Below are positions 47,935 through 60,721 of a stretch of DNA of 64,000 bases, one piece after another (within the stretch, counting starts at the first letter, position 1; each line of letters opens with the position of its first letter). The notes below the pieces were generated by a model. That model ran no database searches and had not been told where the DNA came from. It saw only the letters and a program-made list of their open reading frames with translations. This stretch comes from Octopus vulgaris (taxonomy: Eukaryota): positions 24,056,001-24,120,000 of the forward strand of contig OX597821.1 in NCBI GenBank assembly GCA_951406725.2, given 5' to 3'. The position numbers and the translations under genes are program-made.

Positions 47935-48330
47935 TGTCTTCTAATTGATGTATCAATATCAACAGATGACAATGTTTTTCTAAAAGAAATGGAGAAACTT
48001 TCAAAATACAAAGATCTGGAAATAGAGGTAACTCGAATGTGGAGCCTAAAATCAGAAATGATTCCTATAATAGTAGGTGCATTAGGTATGATAAAAAAAA
48101 AAAAGAAAAACATTTAGAGAAATATTTAGAGCAAAAACAGCAGGACTTACAAGTGTATATAACATACAATAAATAGCACTACTAGGCATCGCACACATCC
48201 AACATAAAGCATTTTCAATAGAGTGAAAATAAGAACACCACAACAAACCACAGCACATATCCGAGGCACTCAGAGTGGTGCTCAATAGTGCAGTGAAAGC
48301 ACGTGATAAAAATAAAACCACTGAAAATGA
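47935..48330 (+). pseudogene. R4/Dong-like LINE 3' fragment (restriction-like endonuclease C-terminus)
   Basis: CLLIDVSIS..KEMEKLSKYKDLEIEVTRMW..IPIIVGALG; lies in (AAT)n. Confidence 0.8.
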
Positions 48331-48574
48331 AAATAATGATGATGATAATGATGATGATAATTCATTCTTTTATTAGCCACAAGGGCTCACATACAAAAAC
48401 ATTAAAGGACATACAACATAAAAGACAAAAACAGGATGATAGAATGAGTTTTCCGCATGTAAACAATATAAATAACAATTAAAATTGAACAAATTAAAAT
48501 TCCCAATAGGGGCGGTACTTTAAGGTCCTTGTAGAAAAAGCCACAGGTGCCTGATCAACAAGGGGATGTTGGCC

Positions 48575-49380
48575 ATTCTTCCAACATTCAAGAATTATAC
48601 AAGAAGGCACTACACAATCAGTTCCGTGTAGCCACAACAGAAGTTGCCAGAGAAAATAAGTGGGATTGGCTGATGAAAGGAACCCTAGAAAAAGAGACCA
48701 GCAAGTGTCTCTGCCATGCTGCATCTGCAAAAGAGTGGGTGAAACCATTGCCCATATCATGAACAAATGCCCTAGACTTACCCAAAACCACTACAGGTTG
48801 TGGTGACATGCCCAGGTAGCGAAAGTGCTACATTGGAAACTGTACGAAAAGTGGGGGCTAGAAAGAGGCAAGACATGGTATGAGCACAAACTGCAGAGAG
48901 TGGCAGAGTCGGAGACTAATAAAATCCTCTGCGATTTCCTAATCCATACAGATCAGGTGCTAGAGCATAACAAGCCGGACCTAGTGGTGGTGGACAAGGT
49001 GCACCACATATGCTATATAGGTGACAGTGCATACCCCTTTGACCCATGAATAGTCAAAAAGGAAGGCAAAAAGATAAATAGATACAACCCTCTTAAGAAC
49101 GAAATAGCTCAGCTATGGGAAATAAAGAAGGTGGAGATAGTGTCAATTATTGTTGGGTCCTTGGTAGCAGAAGGTATCAAGAGGAATATACAAGAAATTA
49201 GAACAGAAAGCCCAGTAGAACTGTTACAAAAGGTTTGCCTCCTTGGCATGGAAAGTATTAGGTAGCTGAAAAGAACGAATAGCATGGTACCATAGGCTGC
49301 AAGTAGGAAGCCTGCATAAACCCACGGGTCAGCAGGAGCTCCAACAAAACCTGTGATAAAGAGAAAATAATAATAATAAT
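48575..49380 (+). pseudogene. Second R4/Dong-like LINE 3' fragment
   Basis: WDWLMKGTLEKET, LHWKL..WYEH, HNKPDLVVVDK; (AAT)n tail. Confidence 0.8.
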
Positions 49381-49384
49381 GAGT

Positions 49385-50190
49385 TTTTTATCAACCACAA
49401 GGGTTTACATTAAAAAAAAACATTATGGACAGTCCAGGACAAAACAATGTGTGTGTGTGTGTGAGTGTGTGTTGTGAAGGTTTTGTGTGTAAACAAGACC
49501 AACAAAATTTTAAAAATCAACAATGTGTGATCCTCATTAGGGAAGAGATGTTCGAGGGCTGCTCATGGAAAAATCCCATTAAAAAAATCATGGATACCCT
49601 GACTTTTGGGGCAGGTGCCTTTTTCCCTTTCCTTTTTTTCCCAACTACAGGCATATGCTCAGGGCAGGCCTGTTCACCTGCACCACTTTCATCCACCTTT
49701 CAGCAAATTGGTTAGAAGACAATACTTTCCTGTCTACCCCTATTTTCCTTTTCAAGTGAAACTTGAAGAAGTTGATTAGGGATTAGCCAATGAGAAAAGT
49801 GCTTGTCTTCAGCTCCTTCAATCTTGTCCACTATACAACCTCTTTTGCCATAGCCACCGGGCATATAAACACAACTTTTCCTTCTCAGCTAAAGGAAGGC
49901 AGCGGGGTGAACTTCATGATGGTTGACAGTTGAATCTGTTTCGCATGTGACAGCAGCTGTTCAACGTAAACCCACAGTGCATGGACGAGTGCATGCAGGA
50001 CTGTCCTGTCATCCTGCATCCATCTCGGACATGCTCAGCTGACAGCACTTCTATGCCTGTCTCGAATTGGCAAAGCTCCCTGGTAGCACTGTCAGGCCAA
50101 AGATTTTGGGAAATTATTCATTGGTCTCAGGCCGAAAGTTCTCTGGGAAAGGGTGGCTAGTTGATCTTCTTCAATGCCCAAGTCTGCAAA
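49385..50190 (-). pseudogene. Tx1/L1-type LINE 3' fragment (ORF2 C-terminus + 3' UTR)
   Basis: Minus-strand remnants KSLA*QCYQGALPIRDR, ACPRW..TVLHAL, LWVYVEQLL, QFAERW; ends cccttgtggttgataaaa. Confidence 0.7.
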
Positions 50191-50194
50191 GAAA

Positions 50195-52405
50195 GAGGCT
50201 GGAGATGCCATTATGAAAGACTGCTGAATGTGGAGAAGGAATGGGAGGAGGAGAGTCTGCCAAATTTTGACCCAACTAAGGGACCAGATATCTGAATTGA
50301 CAGTACCCTGGTAGATAAAGCAATTAGGGATATGAAGACAGGGAAAGCCCCTGGCCCATTGGGAATCACCGCTGAGATGTGGTGAGGTTTATGGTCTAGT
50401 CACCTGTATTGTAAATCAGGTGGTTCATGAAGGAGTCATGCACAATGACTGTTATAGCAGCACCATAGTCAACTGCTACAAAAGTAAAGGTGATGCCTTA
50501 GATAGAAATAATTACAGAGGTATCAAATTGTTGGAACAGGTGATGAAAGTTGTGGAGAGAGTCATAACCCAGCTAATCAAGGAGAGAGTCTAGAGGATAT
50601 GCAGTTTGGCTTTGTGCCTGGTAGAAGCACCATTGATGCTATATTTCTGGTAAGGCAACTGCAGGAGAAATACCTAACCAAAGATAAACCTCTGTACTTG
50701 GCTTTTGTTGACTTGGAGAAAGCTTTTGACAGAGTCCTCCGATCTGTTATCTGGTGGTCAATGCAGAAACTAGGGATAAACGAGTGGTTGGTGAGGGCTG
50801 CACAAGTCTTGTACAGAGACACTACCAGTAAAGTGAGGGTGGGCAACGAGTACAGTGAAGAATTCAGGGTACAAATAGGGGTTCACCAAGGATTGGTGCT
50901 CAGCCCCTTCTTGTTCATCATAGTCCTCCAAGCAATAACAAAGGAATTCAAGACAGGCTGTTCCTGGGAGCTCCTCTATGCCGTTGACCTTGCTCTTATA
51001 GCTGAGTCATTACCTGAGCTAGAGAAGAAGTTCCAGGTATAGAAACAAGGTCTAGAATCAAAAAGCCTTAGGTCATAATAAGTAGAAAGGTAAACAAATC
51101 ACAAATCCCCTCAGGTAGATGGTCTTGCTCAATCTGTACAAAAGGTGTAGGTAGAAACTTCATAAGATGCACCCAATGTAAGCTTTGGACACACAAAAGG
51201 TGCAGCAACATTAAAGGAAGGTTAATAGACAAACTAACTTTTGCCTGTGGAAGGTACACAAGCATAATAAATGCTGAACATGTGTGGAAAATAGACTCCG
51301 TCAACTGCCAGGAGGGCAAGCTAGAGGTAGTAGATAGCTTCAGGTATCTAGACAGCCAGGTTAGTAGTGGCGGTGGTTGTTCTGAGAGTGTAGTTGTGAG
51401 AATAAGATTAGTTTGGGCAAAGTTCCAAGAGCTCATACCCCTGATGGCAACAAAGGGCCTCTCTCTCAGGGCAAAAGGCAGATTGTATGATGCCCATGTG
51501 CAAACAGCTATGCTCTGAAACATGGCCTATAATAGCTGAGGACATGTGTAGGCTCGAAAGAAATGAAGCCAGTATGCTTTGCTGGATGTACAATGTCTGT
51601 GCATGTTCGACAGAGTGTAAGCATCTTGAGAGAAAAGTTAGGCATAACAGGAATCAGATGTGGTGTGCAAGAGAGACAGCTGTGCTGGTATGGTCATGTG
51701 ATGCATATGGATGAGGACAGCTGTGTAAAGAGGTGCTGATCTCAAACTGTAGAGGGCCCCTGAGGTAGAGGTAGACCCAGGAAGACATGGGACTAGGTGG
51801 CTAAGTATGACCTTCGAACTTTGAACCTCACGGAGACAATGACTAGTGACCAAGACCTTTGGCAATGTGCTCTGCTTAAGAGGACCAATCAAGCCGAGTG
51901 CACCTGTGCTGGTGGCACATATAAAAAAATCAAACTTTGAATGTTGGGCTCCATGAAGGCAAAGTGGCTGAGTTCCTTTTGAGTATTGGACCTGATGGAG
52001 GCAAAATGGCTAAGTTCCTTTAGAGTGTTGGGCCTTATGGAAGCGAGGTGGCTGAGTTCCTTTCAAGTGGGCCTCACGGAGGTGAGGTGGCTGAGGTCCT
52101 TTCGTGTATTGGGTCTCATGGAGGCAATGACCGAGACTGGCATTTAGTTGTGTTTGAAAAGAAGACCCATCAAGCCGATCAAAATTGTAGTCATAGCAGA
52201 TACCGGTGTTATGCAAATGGCACCCATGCTAGTGGCACGTAAAAGCACCTATTGCACTCTCGGAGTGTTGGCATTAGGAAGGGCATCTAAAGTAGAAAAC
52301 CATGCCAAATCAAACTGGATCCTGGTGCACCCTTCCAGCGTACCAGCCCAGTCAAACTGTCCAACCCATGCCAACATGGACAACAGACGTTAAATGATGA
52401 TGATG
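50195..52405 (+). mobile_element. RTE-clade LINE, 5'-truncated and degenerate
   Basis: QFGFVPGRSTIDAIF, FVDLEKAFDRV, GVHQG, LYAVD, FRYL, RGRPRKTW. ~40-bp tandem units in the 3' UTR (~51940-52135); (TGA)n tail. Confidence 0.9.
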
Positions 52406-52554
52406 TATGTGTTTTGTGTGGTTTGAATAATGATTTGTATGTGTGCAGGTAGGAAGATTGTGTGTGTGATAAAATTATTTGTGTGTGTTATTCATTGCTT
52501 TTTGTGTTTATTGCCATGTAGTTTGTAATGTTAGTAATAATAATAATAATAATA

Positions 52555-53139
52555 ATCCTGATGCCTTGATGCAATATCAGGCACTGGTTCTCATGGCCAT
52601 GCCCTGATGCAATATCAGGCACTGGCTCTCCTGGCTTCTGATCTCAACTGATTGGAAGTGTCATCATGTACATATATGTTTTGGTATAAGAAATGGGCTA
52701 CAGCAAATATTCTGCTCAATGCTGCAGATTTGCTTGTCACTTGTTTGACTTTAACCAGTTGAGCATGTCCCTTGGTGGCTGACGATATGTGCATCTCTGA
52801 TCATGAACAGAAGTAGTCGGGGCGCATCATAGAGGAATTCTTTGGGGTCTGAATAATTCACCTCTGGAAACATGGGTGTTTCATTCACATCCTTGAACAA
52901 CCCTTATTCAAGCATCTTTTGAGTAGGATGGACTACTCAACCTGAAGAAAATTCTAGCTGGGCCCCGCCTGCAAGGTCATGTGCTGTTTATCTTGGTATG
53001 AGATCACCATGTCACGCACATATGGTTGTGATGCATGTGCCTGGTGTCCCCTCACCAGATGGGTAGTCATAATGGGTATGTTGGGTTTCATATATTTTAC
53101 CCCAATGTCACTTTGATGGCATGCATCGCTCTCTCACTC

Positions 53140-53174
<35 letters not shown>

Positions 53175-53340
53175 TATCCATTTAAATATCTGTGTTGTAT
53201 TACATGAAGATATTTCACTACCTCCCCTCCCCAAGCTTTCAGTCATATTGTAACAGCTCTTATCCTTCACTCTCCCCAGGATGCTGGATGTGTCTCAGCA
53301 AATGACTGTAACAAAGATGCAAATTAAAAGTAAAAATAAC

Positions 53341-53383
<43 letters not shown>

Positions 53384-53600
53384 GTCTTGATGCCCTGATG
53401 CAATATCAGGAACTGGTTCTCATGGCCATTCCCTGATGTAAGGTCTTGCACTGTTTATCTTGATATGAAATCACCATTTGGTTGTGATGCATGTGCCTGG
53501 TGTACCCTTATCAGACGGGTAGTCATGATGGGTATACTGGGCTTTGTATATTTGTACCCCAGTGTCACTTTGATGGCATATGCTGCTCTCTCACTCAATA
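52555..53600. repeat. Two copies (52555-53140; internally deleted 53385-53600) of an (AAT)n-flanked interspersed repeat
   Basis: Shared cttgatgc..tgcaatatcagg start and ..gctctctcactc end. Confidence 0.75.
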
Positions 53601-53689
53601 ATAAACCTTTCTAATAAAGATACAAGGCCTGAAATTTTGTGGGGGGGGGGGGAACTAGTCAATTATGTCAACCCTAGTGTTTCTCTGGT

Positions 53690-54104
53690 TAGGTAGTGGG
53701 TAGTGATTTTCTTCACTACTTCAGGAAGTGATAACCCTGCCTGACATGTGTCCCAGGATCAGCTGGCTCCAGCTGACAGTACCAGGTATGGGCCCCTATC
53801 CAGGGTTACGGAAAGGAGACAACCTTCAAAGAAATCCAGAGTGGAGCCCCGTAGGCAGTTTAGTGTTCAACTTGACACTCTTCTGGCAGCTCCTGCAACC
53901 AAGCTGGTACCAAACGTAATGCTCTGCACTCCTTTGGACTACGTTAGCAAGGTCGAGAGAAGAACCCTGACAATTGGGCTACCCAGGATTTTCTTACGTC
54001 TAGCCCAGGCCTGCGCAAAACTGGAGAGGACATGAAATGTAGAAACCAGGCTGGATTAGTTTATGCACAACTCCATTGTCTCCCGAGACAAAAGGACGCC
54101 AACA
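53690..54104 (-). mobile_element. Short non-coding retroelement, probably RTE-derived, nested in a SINE B remnant
   Basis: 14-bp TSD agtgtttc(t/a)ctggt; (CTAC)-type tail. Confidence 0.6.
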
Positions 54105-55148
54105 AGTGTTTCACTGGTACTTAATTTATCAACCCGGAAAGGATGAAAAATAAAGTTGGCCTTAGTGGAATTTGAATTCAGCATGTAAAGCCAGTAGAAA
54201 TGCCACTAAATATTTTGTCCGGCACACTAACAATTTTGTGAGCTTATTGTATACAATACTCCGGTGCACATAATTTGTCAGAAAAGGATAAAAATAGAAC
54301 AGAAAGCAGCCATAAATCAAGTAAACAAAAGGTTGCAATGATATTCAGACATTGAATAAAACTGTAAAGCAAACAGTTAAAGATCCATAGAAAGGAACTG
54401 GTTCATAGGTACATCAGGAATAATGTTAGCAAATTTCAGAAAACATGCAATTTTTGAAGGTTGTAGTATCCTGACAGCTAACAACCGATATCAATAGTTT
54501 GTTACATACTGTAACAATTCTGATTGTGAAAAACTGTTTTCCAAAAGTTATGGGTATTCTTCTGCATTTTGATTATAATGTCCCAGACTATTAGAGATAC
54601 TGAATAAAAAAGGTGGCTAAAGTTGTTTTTTGAAAGATGGTGCATAACCTTGTGTGCTTCTACAAAGTTGGCTACTACACTGGAACTTTAGTGTATCAAT
54701 ATCCTGAGAAGCAATATATTCAAGATAGAGTAAGTGACTAATGGAAGTAGTTTGTCTGATTGCAAGTCATTTGGATGGCTTCCAGCAGATCAAGATTCTG
54801 GACAAGATTGGGGTTCCAGATGGGAGATGCAAACTGTAAGTATGGAAAGCTGTAAACAAAATATTTTCCCAAACTTTGATTATCAATGTCAAATGGTCAT
54901 TGTTAAATCTAAGTATACTGCAAACCATTATGAAGCAGTGAATTGCCTAAGATAAAAGAATCTCAGACAAGATGCCTTGTTTTAGCTCTTTGTATTATGA
55001 TTTCAAATCTTGTAATGGCCTACAAGGCAGGGAATTGGCAGATTTGCTTTACAGGAAGACTTAGGGCATTCATTCTGGTTATCTGCACACTGAGTTCAAA
55101 TCCCACTGAGGTTGCCTTTTGTCCTTTCAAAGTAAAAAAAAATAAAAT

Positions 55149-55268
55149 AGGTGCAGGAGTGGCTGTGTGGTAAGTAGCTTGCTAACCAACCACATGGTTC
55201 CGGGTTCAGTCCCACTGCGTGGCATCTTGTGAGTGGATTTGATAGACGGAAACTGAAAGAAGCCTGTC

Positions 55269-55316
<48 letters not shown>

Positions 55317-55525
55317 TGTGTGTCTGTGTTTGTCCCCCTAGCATTGCTTGACAACCGATGCTGGTGTGTTTACGTCCCCGTCACTTAGCGGTTCGGCCAA
55401 AGAGACCGATAGAATAAGTACTGGGTTTACAAAGAATAAGTCCCGGGGTTGATTTGTTCGACTAAAGGCGGTGCTCCAGCATGGCTGCTGTCAAATGACT
55501 GAAACAAGTAAAAGAATAAAGAGAG
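55149..55525 (+). mobile_element. SINE family A (small internal deletion)
   Basis: Multicopy match. Confidence 0.9.
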
Positions 55526-56055
55526 TAAAATAAAAAGTGCCAAACCAGAGCAGCAAATTGCCAGAACTGTAAAAACGTATATGCCTCGTGGTATTTGATC
55601 CATCTCTTTGTGTGCTGAGTTCAAATACCCCCATGACCCATTTAGGTGGTTGACTTAATTCTTAGTGCAGTTTAATGCCACTATCTGACAGCTATAAAAC
55701 CTTTAGTGGAATCCACTTTGCTACAAACATATGAGCCAGGGTCCCAGTTTGAGAATACTTTCATCCCTTACTATGTGCCATCAGTCTTGAAGTCCCTGTA
55801 AAGACAGATCATGGGCTTTGACTTCCTCCACCTGACAAAAAGAAGTGTAAAAGATAGTAACAAGAACAATTCTACAATCACCCTGATCAGGTAGGCTGTG
55901 TATAAATTCACTAGTCTATATTTATAGTATTCTCTGCTTTCCTGTATTTGCAGGTTTGAATCACTACCTATCAATTTAACTTTCTACATCTTGTTAAGTG
56001 GGGTAAGATAAAACGTGAAACAAGAGAACGTAATAACAGTTTTCAAGCCAACTAA

Positions 56056-56090
<35 letters not shown>

Positions 56091-56251
56091 CGCACACACA
56101 CACACCAGTTGCTAAGACAAATACATACCAGCTAGCTTGACATACTACATGTACATAAAAAGTAACTACACACATATACAAAATCAGTAGACACACATAT
56201 ACGCTAGGTACACACACATTTAAACACATGAAAATATATATCTATCAATCT

Positions 56252-56310
<59 letters not shown>

Positions 56311-56879
56311 AAATAACTAATTACACTCACAAACTAGCTAAGCACACACATACACATAAATTAGGTACATATGCACGGACACAACTATGCACTTAAATAC
56401 ACGTGCACACACACACATATATATTTACACACACACATAACATACACATGTCTACCAAATTTATTTGCAAGGCAGGTACTACACAAGTGCAGACATGCTC
56501 ACACACACACTCACATGCATACGCTCACACACACACACACACAACACACACACATGCACGCATGCATTTTTACACAAACTGCTGGTCTAGCAACTTACAA
56601 CACATAAATAAGGCTTTTCCCAATGTTTTGTATGAAATAAGATTACATCATAGACACCCCCCCCGCCTCTTTCTAGTTACCTATTATTTACCTCTTTATC
56701 TCTTTTCCCCCCCTCTCAACCTGGCTCTTTCTTTTTCTTATTCCTCCTTTGCTTATATCTTCCTTATCTTTTACAGTACATGTATGGAAGGCCATGCATG
56801 CTATATTCCGTAATCTTTGAGTGCCATTAACCATTTTGGGTTATTGTAACACCACTAAACACTGTGTGTATATCTAGGC

Positions 56880-57089
56880 CAGTGGTTTTCAACCAGGGTT
56901 CTGCGTAACCTTAGGGTTCCTCCAGTACAGTTCAGGGGTTCCGCAATTAGTTACAAAACTGCTAAAATCGGCAGTAATTTTAAATTTTCCTGTGCAGATA
57001 TGTGTGCATAAATTATTGCACAGGGGTTCCCCGAGGCAGTGGAATGTTTCCTTGGGGTTCCGCTCCAGCAAAAAGTTTGAAAAGCACTG
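56880..57089. mobile_element. hAT (Charlie-like) MITE
   Basis: Exact 8-bp TSD atctaggc. Confidence 0.92.
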
Positions 57090-57197
57090 ATCTAGGCTAT
57101 AGGTTAGTCAGTCCTACATCCCCTGTCTGTCACTTTACCATAACCTACAAAAGGAGTTGAACTTAGTATAAGCTGCTTAATGCGAGATCCTAAAACC

Positions 57198-57540
57198 AAG
57201 GTGCCATGTAAAAAGCATTGGTGTGGGTGCTGATGCCATGTAAAAAGCACTGGCAATGGTGCCTCATAAAAATCACTGGTGATGATGCCATATAAAAATG
57301 ACTGTTTATGGTGCCATGTAAAAAGCACTGGCGATGGTGCCTCATAAAGGCCCCCAGTTACACTCAGTGAGGTGGTTGGTGCTGGGAAGGGCATCCAGCC
57401 ATAGAAGCCAAGACAAAACAAACTATGAAACCTGGTGTGAGCCCTGGCCCTGCCAGTTCCTGTCAAGTCAGCATGGAAAATGGACATTAAATGATGATGA
57501 CGGCGACGACAATGATGATAATGATGATGATGATGATGGT
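57198..57540 (+). mobile_element. RTE 3'-UTR fragment with tandem ggtgccatgtaaaaagcact units
   Basis: Shares its tail with 52220-52405, 45495-45695 and 62080-62260. Confidence 0.7.
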
Positions 57541-57760
57541 ATCAATTAGTATTGTTATTTTGTTGTCGTTTAGCATCAGGTCAACATGGACTGGGCAGAC
57601 CTGTGACCTAAGACGGTCCAGTAATGACCATCTTGTCTTTTTGTATACATTTAGGAATACATTTGCCCCATTATAAAGGTGAAAGAAGTGTTCTGAGAAA
57701 GAGTTGGTTTTATTTAAGCATGCAAGACTACAAATATTCATCCCTTATTTTATATCTAAA

Positions 57761-58158
57761 CTAGCAGTATCGCCCGGCGTTGCTCGGGTTTGTAAGGGAA
57801 ATAACTATATAAGCCTTTTTAGAGAGTTATAGCCAAAAAGTAGCAAAAAAATACATTAAAAATGGAAAAAAATTATGGTAAATTTTTTTTTAAATCGTTG
57901 ACTCATCGTAGACATTTTTAGAGAGTTACTTCACTTATATAATAGCGAAAAAAATGCATTAAAATGGAAAAAAATGATGGTAATTTTTTTTTTAAATCGT
58001 AGACTCATCGTAGACGCACGCTAATACCCAGAAGGGCTCGATATGAATCACGACTATAAGATACCCGGTTTTGGTTAAACTGCACCGCAAAATGTGGGAG
58101 TAGTTAGGAATCTAAATCGTAGGAGACAGACACACAACTTGACTTTTATATATAAAGA
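57761..58158 (-). mobile_element. Non-autonomous Helitron
   Basis: 5' TC; 3' cccgagcaacgccggg hairpin followed by CTAG; A|T target; internal ~100-bp tandem duplication. Confidence 0.9.
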
Positions 58159-58789
58159 TGTACATATTCTGCACAATGTTTTAAGCATTCTCATCTTTGT
58201 TTGTGAAGCCATTCATAAATTATTATTATTACTATCATTAGAATCATCATCATCCTTATCATCATCTTTATTTTCATCATAAATCATAATCTTTCTTCTT
58301 CTTCTTCTTCTTCTTCTTCTTCACCATCATCTTTATCATGGCAGTAAGCTGGCAAAATTGTTAGCACACCGGGCACAATGCTTTGTGGTCTTTTGTTTGT
58401 CTTTATGTTCTGAGTTCAAATTCTGATAAGGTTGACTTTGCCTTTCATTGTTTCGGGGTTGATAAAATAAGTACCAGTTGAGTACTGGGGGTCGATGCAA
58501 TCGACTTACTCCTTCCCTGAAATTGCTGACTTTGTGCCAAAATTTGAAATCATGATTATTATTGTTATTATTATCATTATTATTATTAGGGTGGGCAAAA
58601 TGCTTAGTGGCATGTCATCCATCATTCTGAGTTCAAATTCTGCCAAGGTTGACTTTGCCTTTCATCCTTTTGGGACTCAATAAAATTAAGTACCAGTGAA
58701 ACACTAGGGTCAATGTAATCAACTAGTCCCCTACCCCAAAATTTCAGGCCTTGTGCCTTTAATAGAAAAGAATATTATTATTATTAGAC

Positions 58790-59345
58790 TATAACAAGAG
58801 CATGATGTGATTGTAATAGATTATTTATTGGTTTGAATGATATTTCAACAGCTCACCCTTTTTCAAGTTCAAAATGTAAAATAAAGAAATTCAAAATTAT
58901 GAACGAGGCGATCCTGTGTCCACACTCTGACAGAATGACATCATCAGTCTTCAATTTTGCAACTGGCAAAAGGATGAAGAAAGAAAAAAGAATAAAGAAT
59001 AGAAAAAAGAAGGAAAGAATATCTAGTGAAACAGTTTTGTGTAAATGAAATTCACCTGCCGTTTTAATTATTCCTCCAGGTGAATTTCATCACATTTACA
59101 CAAAACTGTTCAACTAAATATTCTTTTTTTTTTCGTTTTTCTTTCCTTTACCTTTTGCCAGTTGCAAAACTGAAGACTGATTATGTCATCCTGTCAAAGT
59201 GGAAATGCAGGATCTCCTTGTTCATAATTTTGAATTTTTGAATTTCTTCATTTTACATTTTGGACTTGAAAGACAGGCGAGCTGTTGAAATATTGTTCAA
59301 ACCAAAATAACAATCTATTACAATTGCATTGTGCTCTTCTTATTG
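58790..59345. mobile_element. Foldback MITE (~270-bp diverged inverted arms)
   Basis: Symmetry centre ~59068 (atgaaattcacctg / caggtgaatttcat). Confidence 0.85.
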
Positions 59346-59845
59346 TTTATTTAACTTTATGAAGAGTTACATCAATCTTTATAAAATATTATTATTATTA
59401 TTATTGTGGTATTTCCCCTGTCACTATGTTCTGAGTTCAAATTCTGCTGAGGTCACACTTTGCCTTTCAGGGTCGATTAAATAAGTACCAATTATGCACT
59501 GGGGTCGATGTAATCGACTTAAACTCTTCTCCCTTCCAGTAGAAAGGATTATCATAATTATTATTTCCATACTTACAAGGCTTTGGTCGGCCCGAGGCTA
59601 TAGTAGAAGACACTTGCCCAAGATGCCACACAGTGGGACTGAACCCAGAACCATGTGGTTGGTAAACAAGCTACTTACCACACAGCCACTCCTGCACCTT
59701 ATTTGCAATATTTTTCACCCATCAGAGTAACTAAGGACTTATGAAAAGAAAGCTTTATATTCTTCAGAACATATGAAACAAGGGCCAACTAAAAATCTGA
59801 AAACAAGAATAGACATTTAGGACAAACGTATGAAAGTGCTTTGGA

Positions 59846-60721
59846 CAGTTGTTTTCAACCAGGGTCCACATGACCCTTGGGAGTCGATATAAGATTTTGT
59901 CACTCTTTTCTCTTTTACTTGTTTGTCATTTGACTGCGGCCATGCTGGAGCACCGCCTTTAGTCAAGCAAATCAACCCTGGGACTTATTCTTTGGAAGCC
60001 CAGTACTTATTCTATTGGTCTCGTTTGCCGAACCGCTAAGTGACGGAGACGTAAACACACCAGCATCGGTTGTCAATCAATGCTAGGGGGACAAACACAG
60101 ACACACAAACACCACACACGCATACATATATATATATACATATATACGACAGGCTTCTTTCAGTTTCTGTCTACCAAATCCACTCACAAGGCATTGGTCA
60201 GCCCGGGGCTATAGCAGAAGACACTTGCCCAAGATGCCACGCAGTGGGACTGAACCCGGAACCATGTGGTTGGTTAGCAAGCTACTTACCACACAGCCAC
60301 TCCTGTGCCTGTTGTTAAAACTTATCTTAAATAAATTGGTTAGAAGAACTTTGACAAACAAAAACAAAACGATCGGTTAATTAGTTGGATATTTTATCAA
60401 TTGACTAATAATAAAGGAATGGAATTGAACCAGGAATGGAATTGACATAATGACACTCCCTAGATACAACAAAATTTGTTACAAGACATAAATTCACATA
60501 AAGAACCTTGCAAACCAGATACAAAAACAAAGTAATGATTTTTTATTTTATTTTACCTAGTTTCAGCTCACAAGCTGTGGCCATGCTGGGGCACCGCCAT
60601 TCTGATATATAATTATAGAAATATAATATGATTTTTTTCAACATCAAATGGCTAGGAGGGTCTGTCTGAGTAAAGTAGGAATCAAAGGGGTCCCTTGGCA
60701 AAAAATGGTTGAGAATCACTG
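59846..60721. mobile_element. hAT-like non-autonomous element with nested SINE A (59901-60309, minus)
   Basis: cagttgttttcaacc / ggttgagaatcactg ends; TSD not clear. Confidence 0.6.

Noticed and set aside
51940-52135. CRISPR-like spaced repeats (also 57200-57350)
   Set aside because: Degenerate tandem units in RTE 3' UTRs; no unique spacers or cas genes; eukaryotic context.
53500-53600. Twister- or hammerhead-like motifs (ctgggg..aagcccag; ctgataaggg) on the minus strand
   Set aside because: The required pseudoknots or GAAA strand could not be assembled.
54257-54670. Possible Tc1 remnant
   Set aside because: Too decayed; no second TIR or clear motif.
55760-55845. Possible host exon after a minus-strand acceptor-like site
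   Set aside because: All frames stop quickly and no recognisable protein is encoded.
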